Source: Candidatus Aldehydirespiratoraceae bacterium
Lineage (GTDB): Bacteria > Actinomycetota > Acidimicrobiia > Acidimicrobiales > Aldehydirespiratoraceae
Direction: 5' to 3'
Length of the DNA stretch: 64,000 nt
Assembly (NCBI GenBank): GCA_965204595.1
Contig: CBDBEW010000014.1
Span: 1,957,207 to 2,021,206, forward strand
Of this stretch, positions 48,466-59,058 are shown one piece after another. The number at the start of each line of letters is the position of its first letter. Within the stretch, counting starts at the first letter, position 1. Below the pieces are notes generated by a model, which searched no databases, was not told the DNA's origin, and worked only from the letters and a program-made list of their open reading frames with translations. The translations under genes were made by a program, and so were the position numbers.

Positions 48466-51402
48466 ATGAATCCAAGCATCCGAGCGCGCCCGTGGTGGGA
48501 GACCGTCGCCTTGCGCCCCGAGGTCATGGGCAGCGACGGCGCGGTCGACGACGTGCAGATGTCTTTGCACGATGCCGTGTTCGGTGTGGCAGGCGTCGAA
48601 TCCAACCAGACGCCGTACGCGTCAGCGCCCTACTACGGCGCCATCACCCACCCGACGGGCGACCTGGTCGAGCTCATGGCTCGAGTTGCGGTGCGGCTCG
48701 GTGTGGAGGGATCAACGCAGACCGCTGCTGTTTGGCGACTCGACCAGGCGATGGGAGGCGGCAAGTCGCACGGCTTGATCGGCCTCTGGCATCTCGCCGC
48801 GCATCCGACTGAACTGGCGCCGACCGATCTGGGCCGAGAGGTATTCGCCGCTGCGCGAGAGATTGCAGGTGATGGCAACGTCCGGCCCGACCTAGGCAGC
48901 CCAATTTGCGTCGTGCTTGATTGCGACAACACCACCGCCGCCAGCGAAGACTTCGGCCCTGCGCAACTGCTCGGCGAGCGCTTCCTGTGGCGGCTCTTCG
49001 ACAAGGACGGGCATCGTTACGACCAGTTCAAGGAGCACATCACCAGCAAGAAACATCTGGCCGAGGCGCTGCGGAGTACCGGTCGGCCGGTGGTGATCCT
49101 GATCGACGAGATCATGGACTACATCCGGCTGGCGGCGGCCAACGATCCTGACGGCGCACTGCGTGAGATGGCGTTCCTTCGGGCGTTGCTCGATGTCGTG
49201 AACGACGTGCCGAATTGCGTCGTTGTGGTCGTGATGATCGCGTCAGATCAGGACGACATGGCGTTGAACGAAGCGGGTGCCCAGTGCCAAACGGAGCTGG
49301 AGGCGCTCTTGACGCGCAACGGTCGCACGACGGCTGTGACGGGCGGTGGCGACTTCGCCGAGATCATCCAGCGGCGACTGTTCGAACGCCTGCCGTCGCG
49401 CGCCGAGACCGACCATGTCGCGGACCGCTTCACCGAGCACATGCGAGGTCCGTGGGCGACCAAGGTGTTCGACAAGCTCGGCGGGCCGACGGGTATCGCG
49501 TTCCGTGACGCCGTGACGCGCTGCTATCCGTTCCATCCCAGCCTGATCGCACTCGCCGAAAACGAGTGGGCGCAGCACGCGGGCTTCCAGCGTGTCCGTT
49601 CCACCATCCGGCTCTTCGCGTCGACCGCTTATGAGCAGTCGCGGCGGGCTGTCGCCGGGGAGTGGGTTCCCGAGTTGATCGACAGCGGCGACCTGCCCTT
49701 GCAGTCGCACCAGGTGCGAGACTCGCTGCTCAGCTCCGGCTTGGTGGCCGATCACCGGACCCTGTCGAACTTGCGCGAGGTAGCGAGCGTCGACGTCGTC
49801 GACCAGCACAACCCGGACCGGGGTGTGGCACGTCGGCTCGATGCGCTTCGCGCCGAGGGCTGGCGCAACGACAATCCGCGATCAGCAGAGCGGATGGCTA
49901 CAGCGCTGTTCGTCCGGTCGCTGTGTCCCCGGGCGAATGGTGCCCGGGGTGCGACCGAGGCGGAACTGCACGCCGCGTCGTTCGTGCCGGTAAGCGGCTA
50001 CGGCACCGGCGACGCCGAGGCGGTGGCCGTTGAGCTGCTGGAAACCGATGCGGGCATGGCCTCGGTCGACTCGATTGCGGGCCGTGGCAGCAGTCCCAAG
50101 CGTTGGGTCGTCGAGACTCGTAAGACGCTCGGGATGCTCACCAAAGCCGAGAAACAGGCGGTCAGCGAGGCCGACCGTGACCAGGCCGTCACGGAGCGGG
50201 CGTTCGAGCTGACTAGCTCTGGCCCATTCGGTGACGTGATTCGTGTCGATGGTGGCGAGGTGCCACCGGGGGACATTTCGTTTGCCGATGCATGCGACGT
50301 GATCGGTCAGGCCGGCATCGACCGGCAGCACCAGACGCGGTTGGTGATCTTGGACTCGCGCTGGTTCTCGTTGTTCAATGGCGACGACACGGTGACCCGA
50401 GAGGCAATCGCAGCCGCGATGGGTCGGGGTTCGTCGCCCATGAGTGTGCAGTGGGCATCGTCAGCCGTGTTTGCGGTCGCCAACACGGCAACCCGTGCAC
50501 AGGCCCGAGGCCTCGCGTCGGAGTGGCTGGCCCGCAAGCGTGTGGCTGAGTTGCCTGCTGTGCAAGCCGACGACGACATGGCTGCCCAAGCCAAGCGAGA
50601 CGCAGCCGAAGCGCTCAAAGCGCTCGATGCCCGGGTGAAGTTGTGCTACCGCCACATCGTCTATCTCGCGCCCAAGGGTGAATTCGAACGGGAAGAGCGG
50701 TTCGTGCGGCTCGCGAACGACAAGCAGGACGCCTTGAACGGCGCTCACGTGTGGGCGTTGCTGCGCGAAGAGAGCAAGGCGTTCGATGTCGGCGAGTTCG
50801 ACCACGGCGCGCTGATGCACAACCTGCGCGACAGCGACTACGGCGTGCCGCTCGCCGAGGTCCGCGACAGCTTCTGGTCGAACCCGCACAAGCCGCTGCT
50901 GCGCACCGGAGCAGGCGAGTTGTCCCATGCGATCTACGAAGCCGTCCGCCGCGGCGCTACCGAACTCATCGACGACAGCGGCAACGTCTACGCCGTCGGC
51001 CACCAAGGCGACATCAACCTGGCCTCGCGCACCGTCCGCCTCCGCCGCCCCGCGGCGCCCGATCCGCCAGACCCGGCACCGGCGCACCGCGTCGACGTAG
51101 ATGAACCGCGGCCGCAGTTCGACCCACCTCTACCGAATCCGCCGACGCCACGCCCGGCCCCCCAGCACTGGCAGCTGTCGCTGACCGCCAACACGAGCCT
51201 AGGCCCCGACGTCGACCGTGACAGCCTGGTCAACCTGCTGCGCGAGCTCATCAACCGTATCGAAGACGGTTTCGCAGCAGATGAAATCCAGCACATCACC
51301 CAGAGCACCCAGATAACCCTCACCGCTGAGCCTGCTGATATCGAAGCCCTCCGCGCCCTGGCCCGAGCCGCCGGCGTCACCATCGACGCCCGCCAGTTCT
51401 AG
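48466..51402 (+). CDS. DUF499-type AAA/P-loop ATPase
   Basis: 978 aa; Walker A 'AMGGGKSHGLIGLWHLA' (~48754-48775), Walker B 'VVILIDEIMDY'. Starts 2 nt after the methylase stop. Confidence 0.75.
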   Translation: MNPSIRARPWWETVALRPEVMGSDGAVDDVQMSLHDAVFGVAGVESNQTPYASAPYYGAITHPTGDLVELMARVAVRLGVEGSTQTAAVWRLDQAMGGGKSHGLIGLWHLAAHPTELAPTDLGREVFAAAREIAGDGNVRPDLGSPICVVLDCDNTTAASEDFGPAQLLGERFLWRLFDKDGHRYDQFKEHITSKKHLAEALRSTGRPVVILIDEIMDYIRLAAANDPDGALREMAFLRALLDVVNDVPNCVVVVVMIASDQDDMALNEAGAQCQTELEALLTRNGRTTAVTGGGDFAEIIQRRLFERLPSRAETDHVADRFTEHMRGPWATKVFDKLGGPTGIAFRDAVTRCYPFHPSLIALAENEWAQHAGFQRVRSTIRLFASTAYEQSRRAVAGEWVPELIDSGDLPLQSHQVRDSLLSSGLVADHRTLSNLREVASVDVVDQHNPDRGVARRLDALRAEGWRNDNPRSAERMATALFVRSLCPRANGARGATEAELHAASFVPVSGYGTGDAEAVAVELLETDAGMASVDSIAGRGSSPKRWVVETRKTLGMLTKAEKQAVSEADRDQAVTERAFELTSSGPFGDVIRVDGGEVPPGDISFADACDVIGQAGIDRQHQTRLVILDSRWFSLFNGDDTVTREAIAAAMGRGSSPMSVQWASSAVFAVANTATRAQARGLASEWLARKRVAELPAVQADDDMAAQAKRDAAEALKALDARVKLCYRHIVYLAPKGEFEREERFVRLANDKQDALNGAHVWALLREESKAFDVGEFDHGALMHNLRDSDYGVPLAEVRDSFWSNPHKPLLRTGAGELSHAIYEAVRRGATELIDDSGNVYAVGHQGDINLASRTVRLRRPAAPDPPDPAPAHRVDVDEPRPQFDPPLPNPPTPRPAPQHWQLSLTANTSLGPDVDRDSLVNLLRELINRIEDGFAADEIQHITQSTQITLTAEPADIEALRALARAAGVTIDARQF

Positions 51403-51534
51403 ATGGTTTTAGGATGTCCACGCTATCTAACGTAATTCTGTTAATATTCAGTTATTGTCATAGGATAGTGAAATGTGTGATGCCGTTTGTTGTCGCGCAC
51501 CACGGTAGGCCACGTCGGAAGGAGTCGCGATACC

Positions 51535-52575
51535 ATGGGTAAGGCTTCCGCCGGCAGAACGCATCGGATTCAAGCCGTCGATCTTTTCTGCGGTGTCGGA
51601 GGATTGACGCACGGACTCGTTCGATCAGGCATCGCTGTGCGAGCCGGTTTCGACAATGATGAGACATGTCAGTACTCGTATGAGGCCAACAACCCTGGTA
51701 CACGGTTCGCAGTTGCCGATATCTGTGACATTGACCGCGTCGACATCGAACCGTACTTTGCGGACGCGAACACGTCCGTGCTGGTCGGCTGCGCTCCCTG
51801 CCAGCCCTTCTCGGCTCACAACCGTAAGCTTCGGAATGAAGCTGACTGTTCCCTCGTCTACGAATTCGCCAGGCTAGTCGAAGAAACGCAACCCGACATC
51901 GTCTCTATGGAGAACGTGCCAGGCTTGGCCAAGCACGAGGCGTTCACTGATTTTCTGCACACATTGGAGCGGCTGGGGTACTGCCACGATGAGGCCGTCC
52001 TTTGGTGTCCAGACTACGGCGTCCCTCAGACGCGGAGAAGACTCGTGGTGCTTGCTTCGCGTCTAGGAGAGATTCGGGTCCCACAAGGCCGCGCCGACGG
52101 CCGTACCGTGCGCGACATCATCCAGGGGCTACCTGCGATTGAGGATGGTGAGGCCAACCGGAATGATCCGGCACATGTCACGTTGCCATTGTCTGCCCTC
52201 AACAAGCAGCGCATTCAACAATCGAAGCCGGGTGGCACTTGGCAGGACTGGGACGAGGCGCTCTTGAGCGCATGTCATAGAGACTCGTACTACCCGGCCC
52301 CGTACGGCCGGATGTCTTGGGATGATGTTGCGCCCACGATCACAACCCAGTTCTGCTACTACAGCACGGGACGCTTCGGACACCCTGACCAGGATCGAGC
52401 AATCTCTGTGCGAGAAGGGGCTCTGCTTCAGACATTTCCGTTGGACTACAAGTTCGTTGAAGATGATCAGGCACTTGTCGTGCGCGATGTCGCACGTCAG
52501 ATCGGCAATGCAGTGCCTGTAAGACTTGCCGAGGCTATCGGTGACGCAATCGTGGAGGCATGTGATGCAAGATGA
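51535..52575 (+). CDS. dcm: DNA (cytosine-5)-methyltransferase
   Basis: 346 aa from ATG 51535 (SD GGAAGGAG). Motifs I 'DLFCGVGGL', IV 'GCAPCQPFS', VI 'ENVPGL', VIII 'QTRRR', X 'GNAVP'. Confidence 0.9.
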   Translation: MGKASAGRTHRIQAVDLFCGVGGLTHGLVRSGIAVRAGFDNDETCQYSYEANNPGTRFAVADICDIDRVDIEPYFADANTSVLVGCAPCQPFSAHNRKLRNEADCSLVYEFARLVEETQPDIVSMENVPGLAKHEAFTDFLHTLERLGYCHDEAVLWCPDYGVPQTRRRLVVLASRLGEIRVPQGRADGRTVRDIIQGLPAIEDGEANRNDPAHVTLPLSALNKQRIQQSKPGGTWQDWDEALLSACHRDSYYPAPYGRMSWDDVAPTITTQFCYYSTGRFGHPDQDRAISVREGALLQTFPLDYKFVEDDQALVVRDVARQIGNAVPVRLAEAIGDAIVEACDAR

Positions 52576-54649
52576 AAATGATGCCCGCTATGAGATGGGC
52601 ATCAGCTTACGGGTTCTCGATCATCTCGGACTTAATCTCTACAGCAACACTCCCGCGGTCATTGCTGAGGCGATCGCCAACGCCTGGGATGCGGACGCTA
52701 CGCGCGTAGAGATCACTATCGACCACGACGCAAACACGATCACGGTCGCGGACAACGGATGCGGAATGGAGTTGGCAGACGTCAATAGTCGTTATCTCCT
52801 TGTCGGCTATCGCCGCCGGGATAAACAAGGGCTTGAAACTCCGAGAGGCCGAAAGCCGATGGGCAGAAAAGGCATCGGGAAACTGTCATTGTTCTCCATA
52901 GCGAACAAGATATTCGTTCACACCAAGAAAGACGAGTGTGACCCGGAGGCATTCCTCATGGACGCACACAAGATCCGTCTCACAGTTGGAGAACAGGAAG
53001 ATGCCGCAAGAGATAGTGGTGACTTCAAGACCCCACGCTATTACCCGGAGCCTGTTGACTTCGAGCCGGATCGACTCCTTGAGGAGACTGGTACGACGGT
53101 GATGATCACCGACCTCAAAAAACAACTCACCCAATCTTCTGTCATCGGCTTACGCAAGCGAGTCGCTCGCCGTTTCGGCCTTCGCGCTGATGACTTTGAA
53201 ATCTCTGTCAACGGTGACCCGGTTGGATTCACCGACCGAGACTATTTCAGTAAAGCCAGGTTCATCTTCCAGTATGGTAGCTACGACTACTCTGCACACT
53301 GCCTGAATCTCGAACGAGCGGAGGATAGTCACGAATCACCGGCCATCATCCGCAGATCAAGATTCGGTGAAGATGGCGAGGCCACTGAGGATGGACCTTA
53401 TGAGATCAGCGGTTGGATCGCAATCGCGAAACGTTCCAACGATCTTGATGATCACGCTGGGGATCAAGACGACAACCTGAACAAAATTACGATTTTGATG
53501 CGGGGAAGGGTAGCCCAAGAGGACATCCTGCAAGAATATCGCCTAGGAGGCATGATAACCAAGTATATCTTTGGTGAAATCCATGCCGATTTCCTTGACG
53601 ATGATGAAGATGATGACATCGCCACAACTAGCCGACAACGTCTCGCCGAGGACCATCCACACTATGTAGCGTTAAAGAAGTTCGTTGAAAACGAACTCCG
53701 CTATATCTGGACTAAAACAAACAAACTTAAAGAGCAAAGACAGTTCGAAACTGCGATAACCTCTAATCCACACGTAAAGAAGTGGTACGATGGGTTGCCG
53801 ACATCCCTGAAGAAGCCAGCTAGAAGCGTCTTTCGGGGTATCGACGTGGCGAATATGGATGATGAACGCCGTCACGCTTTCTATGCAACAGCAGTTCAGG
53901 CATTCGAACACCTTAAAGTAAGGGAAGCGCTCCATCAACTTGAAGAAATAGATGACCACAACATCGAGCTTTTTCTTTCGTGGTTAGTCGAAATGGACGC
54001 AATCGAAGCCGTGTCCTATTTACGTATTATTCAAGACCGCCTGACAATCATTGATGAACTTGAGCAACGAGTGGACGATAATACCTTAGAGAGAGTGCTT
54101 GAGGAATATCTTTTTGATCATCTTTGGCTCTTTGATCCTGCTTGGGAACGCGCGACTGAATATTCACACATGGAAAAGCGGATTCAAAACACAATTACCC
54201 AACGTGAAATTCGTGGCAAATCTACAGTTCGACCAGATATTCGCTATCGACGTATTTCGAATGGGCATGTCATCATAGAACTCAAGAGACCCTCGGTCAG
54301 AATAAGCAAGACTGCTATTGAGGAGCAGGTGAAAAACTATATCGACGCATTACGAGAATACAATCAAAAGGACCCAGAAGAAAGCGTGTTGCCCATTCAT
54401 GCCTATTGCATAGTGGAAAAACTCCCCTTAGGGTGGGACGACCGCAATACTCGACAACGCGACGAGGCATCGCTTAGAGTTTACGACATTCGAGTGATGA
54501 CATATACGGAATTGATCAAACGTGCAAGATCCGCGTATGCGAAGTTTATCCAAGCACATGCCCCTGTTGCAGAAATAGGAGAGACAGTCGAAGCAATCCG
54601 CACATATCAACCATCCGACCCAGCTCGTCTCGATTTAGAAGTGTCGTGA
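52565..54649 (+). CDS. GHKL (HATPase_c-type) ATPase with a C-terminal PD-(D/E)xK-like nuclease motif
   Basis: 694 aa from ATG 52565 (11-nt overlap with dcm). Bergerat-fold boxes 'EAIANAWDADA', 'ADNGCGM', 'GRKGIGKLS'. C-terminus 'RPDIRYRRISNGHVIIELKRP'. Visibly lower GC than the upstream operon. Confidence 0.7.
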   Translation: MQDENDARYEMGISLRVLDHLGLNLYSNTPAVIAEAIANAWDADATRVEITIDHDANTITVADNGCGMELADVNSRYLLVGYRRRDKQGLETPRGRKPMGRKGIGKLSLFSIANKIFVHTKKDECDPEAFLMDAHKIRLTVGEQEDAARDSGDFKTPRYYPEPVDFEPDRLLEETGTTVMITDLKKQLTQSSVIGLRKRVARRFGLRADDFEISVNGDPVGFTDRDYFSKARFIFQYGSYDYSAHCLNLERAEDSHESPAIIRRSRFGEDGEATEDGPYEISGWIAIAKRSNDLDDHAGDQDDNLNKITILMRGRVAQEDILQEYRLGGMITKYIFGEIHADFLDDDEDDDIATTSRQRLAEDHPHYVALKKFVENELRYIWTKTNKLKEQRQFETAITSNPHVKKWYDGLPTSLKKPARSVFRGIDVANMDDERRHAFYATAVQAFEHLKVREALHQLEEIDDHNIELFLSWLVEMDAIEAVSYLRIIQDRLTIIDELEQRVDDNTLERVLEEYLFDHLWLFDPAWERATEYSHMEKRIQNTITQREIRGKSTVRPDIRYRRISNGHVIIELKRPSVRISKTAIEEQVKNYIDALREYNQKDPEESVLPIHAYCIVEKLPLGWDDRNTRQRDEASLRVYDIRVMTYTELIKRARSAYAKFIQAHAPVAEIGETVEAIRTYQPSDPARLDLEVS

Positions 54650-54726
54650 CCTTGCGGGTTTGCTAACAATAGTGCCACTTCGCGATTGAGGTCTCCGAAA
54701 ACAACATGATTACCTCCTAATCGAGA

Positions 54727-54747
54727 TGTCAAGCAAACGGGGGAAGC
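54727..54747 (+). repeat. Copy 2 of the GTCAAGCAAACGGGG motif
   Basis: TGTCAAGCAAACGGGGGAAGC, located between the GHKL gene stop and the NYN gene stop. Confidence 0.8.
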
Positions 54748-54757
54748 TCAGACTCTA

Positions 54758-55384
54758 TCAAGACATTGCGCTGTAATCGGTATCGTCACGCAGGTGCGCG
54801 AACTGCGCGGCATTGAGAATGTGATTCCACAGCCGTAGGCCCGGAGCTCTCATCCGACGGTATGGCTGCTCAGGACTCCACCACATCGCGGTCTCAACTC
54901 GCTTCCCAGACTCGCGCGCAATCTCGATTGCTGGCACCATGTCTCTGTCAGCCGATACCACTACGGCCACATCGTAGGCATCGTCACGTGCTTCGAGAGC
55001 AATGTCGAGGGCCATCATCACATCAATTCCCTTCTCTTCAGCCCGCCACGAGGTTGGCTCGCCCATATTCCAAGCCGTCGGCTGATATCGCAGAGGCCTG
55101 CTTTGTACTTCTACTAAGGGCTGAGATCTCCAAAGGGCGAACTGTCGCGCGGATCCTGCCTGTATCTTGCTTCCGCTCTTAGGTCCAGCACGACCTCGGT
55201 AGACTTTCACCGCAACGAGTTCACGGGACGAGTCGACGCTCTTACCGAGTTCGGTGAGTCTCAAGCCGAGTTGCAGGGGATTTACATGCCCGAAAGTCGA
55301 CGGGTCGCGCCCGGGGTCTCCGAACACTTCACGCGCCGCAAAACGGAGATTCTCATAGTCAATGAATACCGACACCCTAGTCAT
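54758..55384 (-). CDS. NYN (LabA/PIN-like) domain protein
   Basis: 208 aa from ATG 55384; 'RVSVFIDYENLRFAA' and 'VVVSADRDMVPAIEIARESGKRVE' are NYN acidic motifs. Confidence 0.7.
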   Translation of the reverse strand: MTRVSVFIDYENLRFAAREVFGDPGRDPSTFGHVNPLQLGLRLTELGKSVDSSRELVAVKVYRGRAGPKSGSKIQAGSARQFALWRSQPLVEVQSRPLRYQPTAWNMGEPTSWRAEEKGIDVMMALDIALEARDDAYDVAVVVSADRDMVPAIEIARESGKRVETAMWWSPEQPYRRMRAPGLRLWNHILNAAQFAHLRDDTDYSAMS

Positions 55385-55576
55385 CGCTCCGCCTCCGCAA
55401 AGAATATGCCCCGCCATTCCCGGCGAACCGGGAAGGCGGGGAACTGAGACACGATTATAGCACTATTCGCGCCCGCTGCAACCATGAATCGGTGAGCATA
55501 GCGGTTCGCGAATCTGGGGTTTGATGATGCGCTACTCGCGAACTCGCAGGGCCGTGAGCATGGTTTGACTAGGTAG

Positions 55577-56659
<1,083 letters not shown>

Positions 56660-56723
56660 CAGGAAGCCTAAAAGTTTCGCTTATGTGTGTTTTAGGGCGG
56701 TGAGTAAGGCACAATAGCGGGCG

Positions 56724-58829
56724 ATGTCTACTGCGACAAGGCACTGGGTTCTTGGTATTGACACGGGTGGAACCTACACCGACGCTGTTTTATACAGTGA
56801 ACACCCCAACACCTTGCTCGCTAAAGCGAAAGCACCCACAACACATGAAAACCTCGGTGTCGGTATCGGTGAAGCGATTAGTCGGGTGCTCAAGGCCGGC
56901 ACCCTTGACCCGAGCCACATTTCGTTTGTGGCTCTGTCGACCACGTTGGCCACCAACGCGCTAGTTGAAGGTCGGGGGCGGCGAGCGGCTTTGGTGATGA
57001 TCGGGTTTGAACCTGCCGTTGTTGAGCGAGGCGGGTTGCGGGACGCGCTGCAAGATAACGCTCTCGTGATGGTGGCGGGGGGGCACACCTCACACGGGCT
57101 TGAAGCCGCACCACTTGACCGAGAGACACTTACCGAAGCCGTTATTGAGGTCGCCCCCACTGTTGACGCGTTTGCTGTTACCGCTGAATTTAGCGTGCGC
57201 AACGCCGACCACGAACTTGCCGCCCGCCATTTGATACGGGAACTTACTGCTTTGCCTGTTACTTGTAGCCACGAACTCGTCGATGCTTTGGGTGCCCCGA
57301 AGAGGTCGGTGACAGCGTTGCTCAACGCCCGTTTGATAGCTTTGGTTGACGAACTAGTGGATAGCACAACTGCGGTGCTTCGTGGTTGTGGTGTCGTTGC
57401 ACCGATTATGGTGGTTCGTGGTAACGGTTCGTTGGTGTCTGCGGCTTTTGTGCGGGAGCGGCCTGTGGAAACGATTTTGTCTGGTCCGGCTGCGAGTTTA
57501 GTGGGTGCTGTGCATCTTGTGGGCGCAAATGATGCCCTGATCGCCGACATCGGTGGCACCACCACCGATCTAGCTGCGCTTCGTGATGGCTGTTTTGATT
57601 TTGACACTAAGGGAGCGCGGGTTGGTGGACATCAAACTATGGTGGAGGCGGTAGCGATGTCAACTCACGGGCTTGGGGGTGACAGTGAGGTTTTGCTCGC
57701 GCCGCGAGCTCGTGGTGCTGAGTTGGTGATTGGTCCTCGGCGGGTTTTGCCATTGGTAGTTGCTGCTCAACAGCATTATCAGACGATGGCTGCTGCGTTG
57801 CAACGCCAACTCTCTGCCCCGACTTTGCCTCAGGAATGGAGCACGGTTTTTGTGCAGGTCACACAACGTTCTTTTGATACTCCACTTGATCTGCTAGAAA
57901 GCAAACTTGTCGCCAAGATCAAGACTGAATCACTTCGCTTCACTGCCGATACGATGCCTAGCGAACCTACGGCGCGTGACGAACCCGCGGCACCTGGCGA
58001 ACCCGCCGACACCACTTTTGTGGCTGCGGATTTGGTTGTGAACGGCAGTCGGGAAGCTTTGGCGTTGAGGCGTTTAGTTGCGCGAGGTGTGTTGAGGTTG
58101 TCGGCTTTCACTCCTACCGATGCAGCCCACGTTTTGGGAATACAAACCACACATGACCCTGAGTTGGCTTGTCGTGCAGCCGAAGTTTGGACTCGCCGCA
58201 CCGACCATCAAGGCAAGTTGATTGTTGCTTCTCCAAAAGAGTTTGCTGAAAGGGTGGTGGCACGAGTCGTGCGTTTATCAGCTGAGCATCTGCTCGCCAA
58301 AGCGTTACAAAACGATGGACTCGATGAGCGGTATGCCCGTGGCGAACTGCTGGCGGCGGCTTTAGATGCTAACACTCACACTTGCAAGCTGGTGGCAGGT
58401 TTAGCTGTTCCCCTTATCGGGCTTGGTGCGCCCGCCGCCACTTTTTATCCTGCTATTGGTAAGTTGCTGAACACCAAAGTTGTGGTCCCTGAGCATGCGG
58501 ATGTAGCGAATGCGATTGGTGCGGCTGTTGGCAAGGTGCGTTTGAGTCGTAGGGTGACGGTTTCTTCGCCTCGACGTGGGCTTTTTAGAGTTCATTCGAG
58601 AGGCAAACCCGAACCCTTCGTTGACCGTGAATTGGCTAAGGAAGCCGCTATTTCGAGAGCGAGTTCGGCGGTAGCCGAGGCGATGGTTGCAGCGGGTGCT
58701 CCCAAGCATGAACTCACCGTTCATTGGGACGAAAAGTCAGTAGACATTGGAGACCGCAAGTTATTTGTTGAGGGTGTCGCCACTGTTGTCGCCTCCGGTT
58801 CACCCCAGGCTGGCCCCGCTGTGCAATAG
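56724..58829 (+). CDS. Hydantoinase/oxoprolinase-family protein
   Basis: 701 aa; 'LGIDTGGTYTDAVL', 'ADIGGTTTDLA' (ASKHA-fold ATPase motifs of the hydantoinase A family). Confidence 0.7.
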   Translation: MSTATRHWVLGIDTGGTYTDAVLYSEHPNTLLAKAKAPTTHENLGVGIGEAISRVLKAGTLDPSHISFVALSTTLATNALVEGRGRRAALVMIGFEPAVVERGGLRDALQDNALVMVAGGHTSHGLEAAPLDRETLTEAVIEVAPTVDAFAVTAEFSVRNADHELAARHLIRELTALPVTCSHELVDALGAPKRSVTALLNARLIALVDELVDSTTAVLRGCGVVAPIMVVRGNGSLVSAAFVRERPVETILSGPAASLVGAVHLVGANDALIADIGGTTTDLAALRDGCFDFDTKGARVGGHQTMVEAVAMSTHGLGGDSEVLLAPRARGAELVIGPRRVLPLVVAAQQHYQTMAAALQRQLSAPTLPQEWSTVFVQVTQRSFDTPLDLLESKLVAKIKTESLRFTADTMPSEPTARDEPAAPGEPADTTFVAADLVVNGSREALALRRLVARGVLRLSAFTPTDAAHVLGIQTTHDPELACRAAEVWTRRTDHQGKLIVASPKEFAERVVARVVRLSAEHLLAKALQNDGLDERYARGELLAAALDANTHTCKLVAGLAVPLIGLGAPAATFYPAIGKLLNTKVVVPEHADVANAIGAAVGKVRLSRRVTVSSPRRGLFRVHSRGKPEPFVDRELAKEAAISRASSAVAEAMVAAGAPKHELTVHWDEKSVDIGDRKLFVEGVATVVASGSPQAGPAVQ

Positions 58830-59058
58830 CACTCAACCCTAAAACGCGAAGAACCATTCTATAGCGATGGCATTTTGCTGTGATATTGCAAGACATAAGG
58901 AACACTTTAAATTATTTTTGTTTTGTGTAAGCATTGTTTGTTTTGGTTTGGTATGGTTGTTTTTAGCGATGGGTGAATTATTTTGATTCGTTTGTTGTGG
59001 CTTTGTCGCCGAGTCTTACCGGCTTCCATTTACATAAAAAATATTTTTGGAGGCAGAC

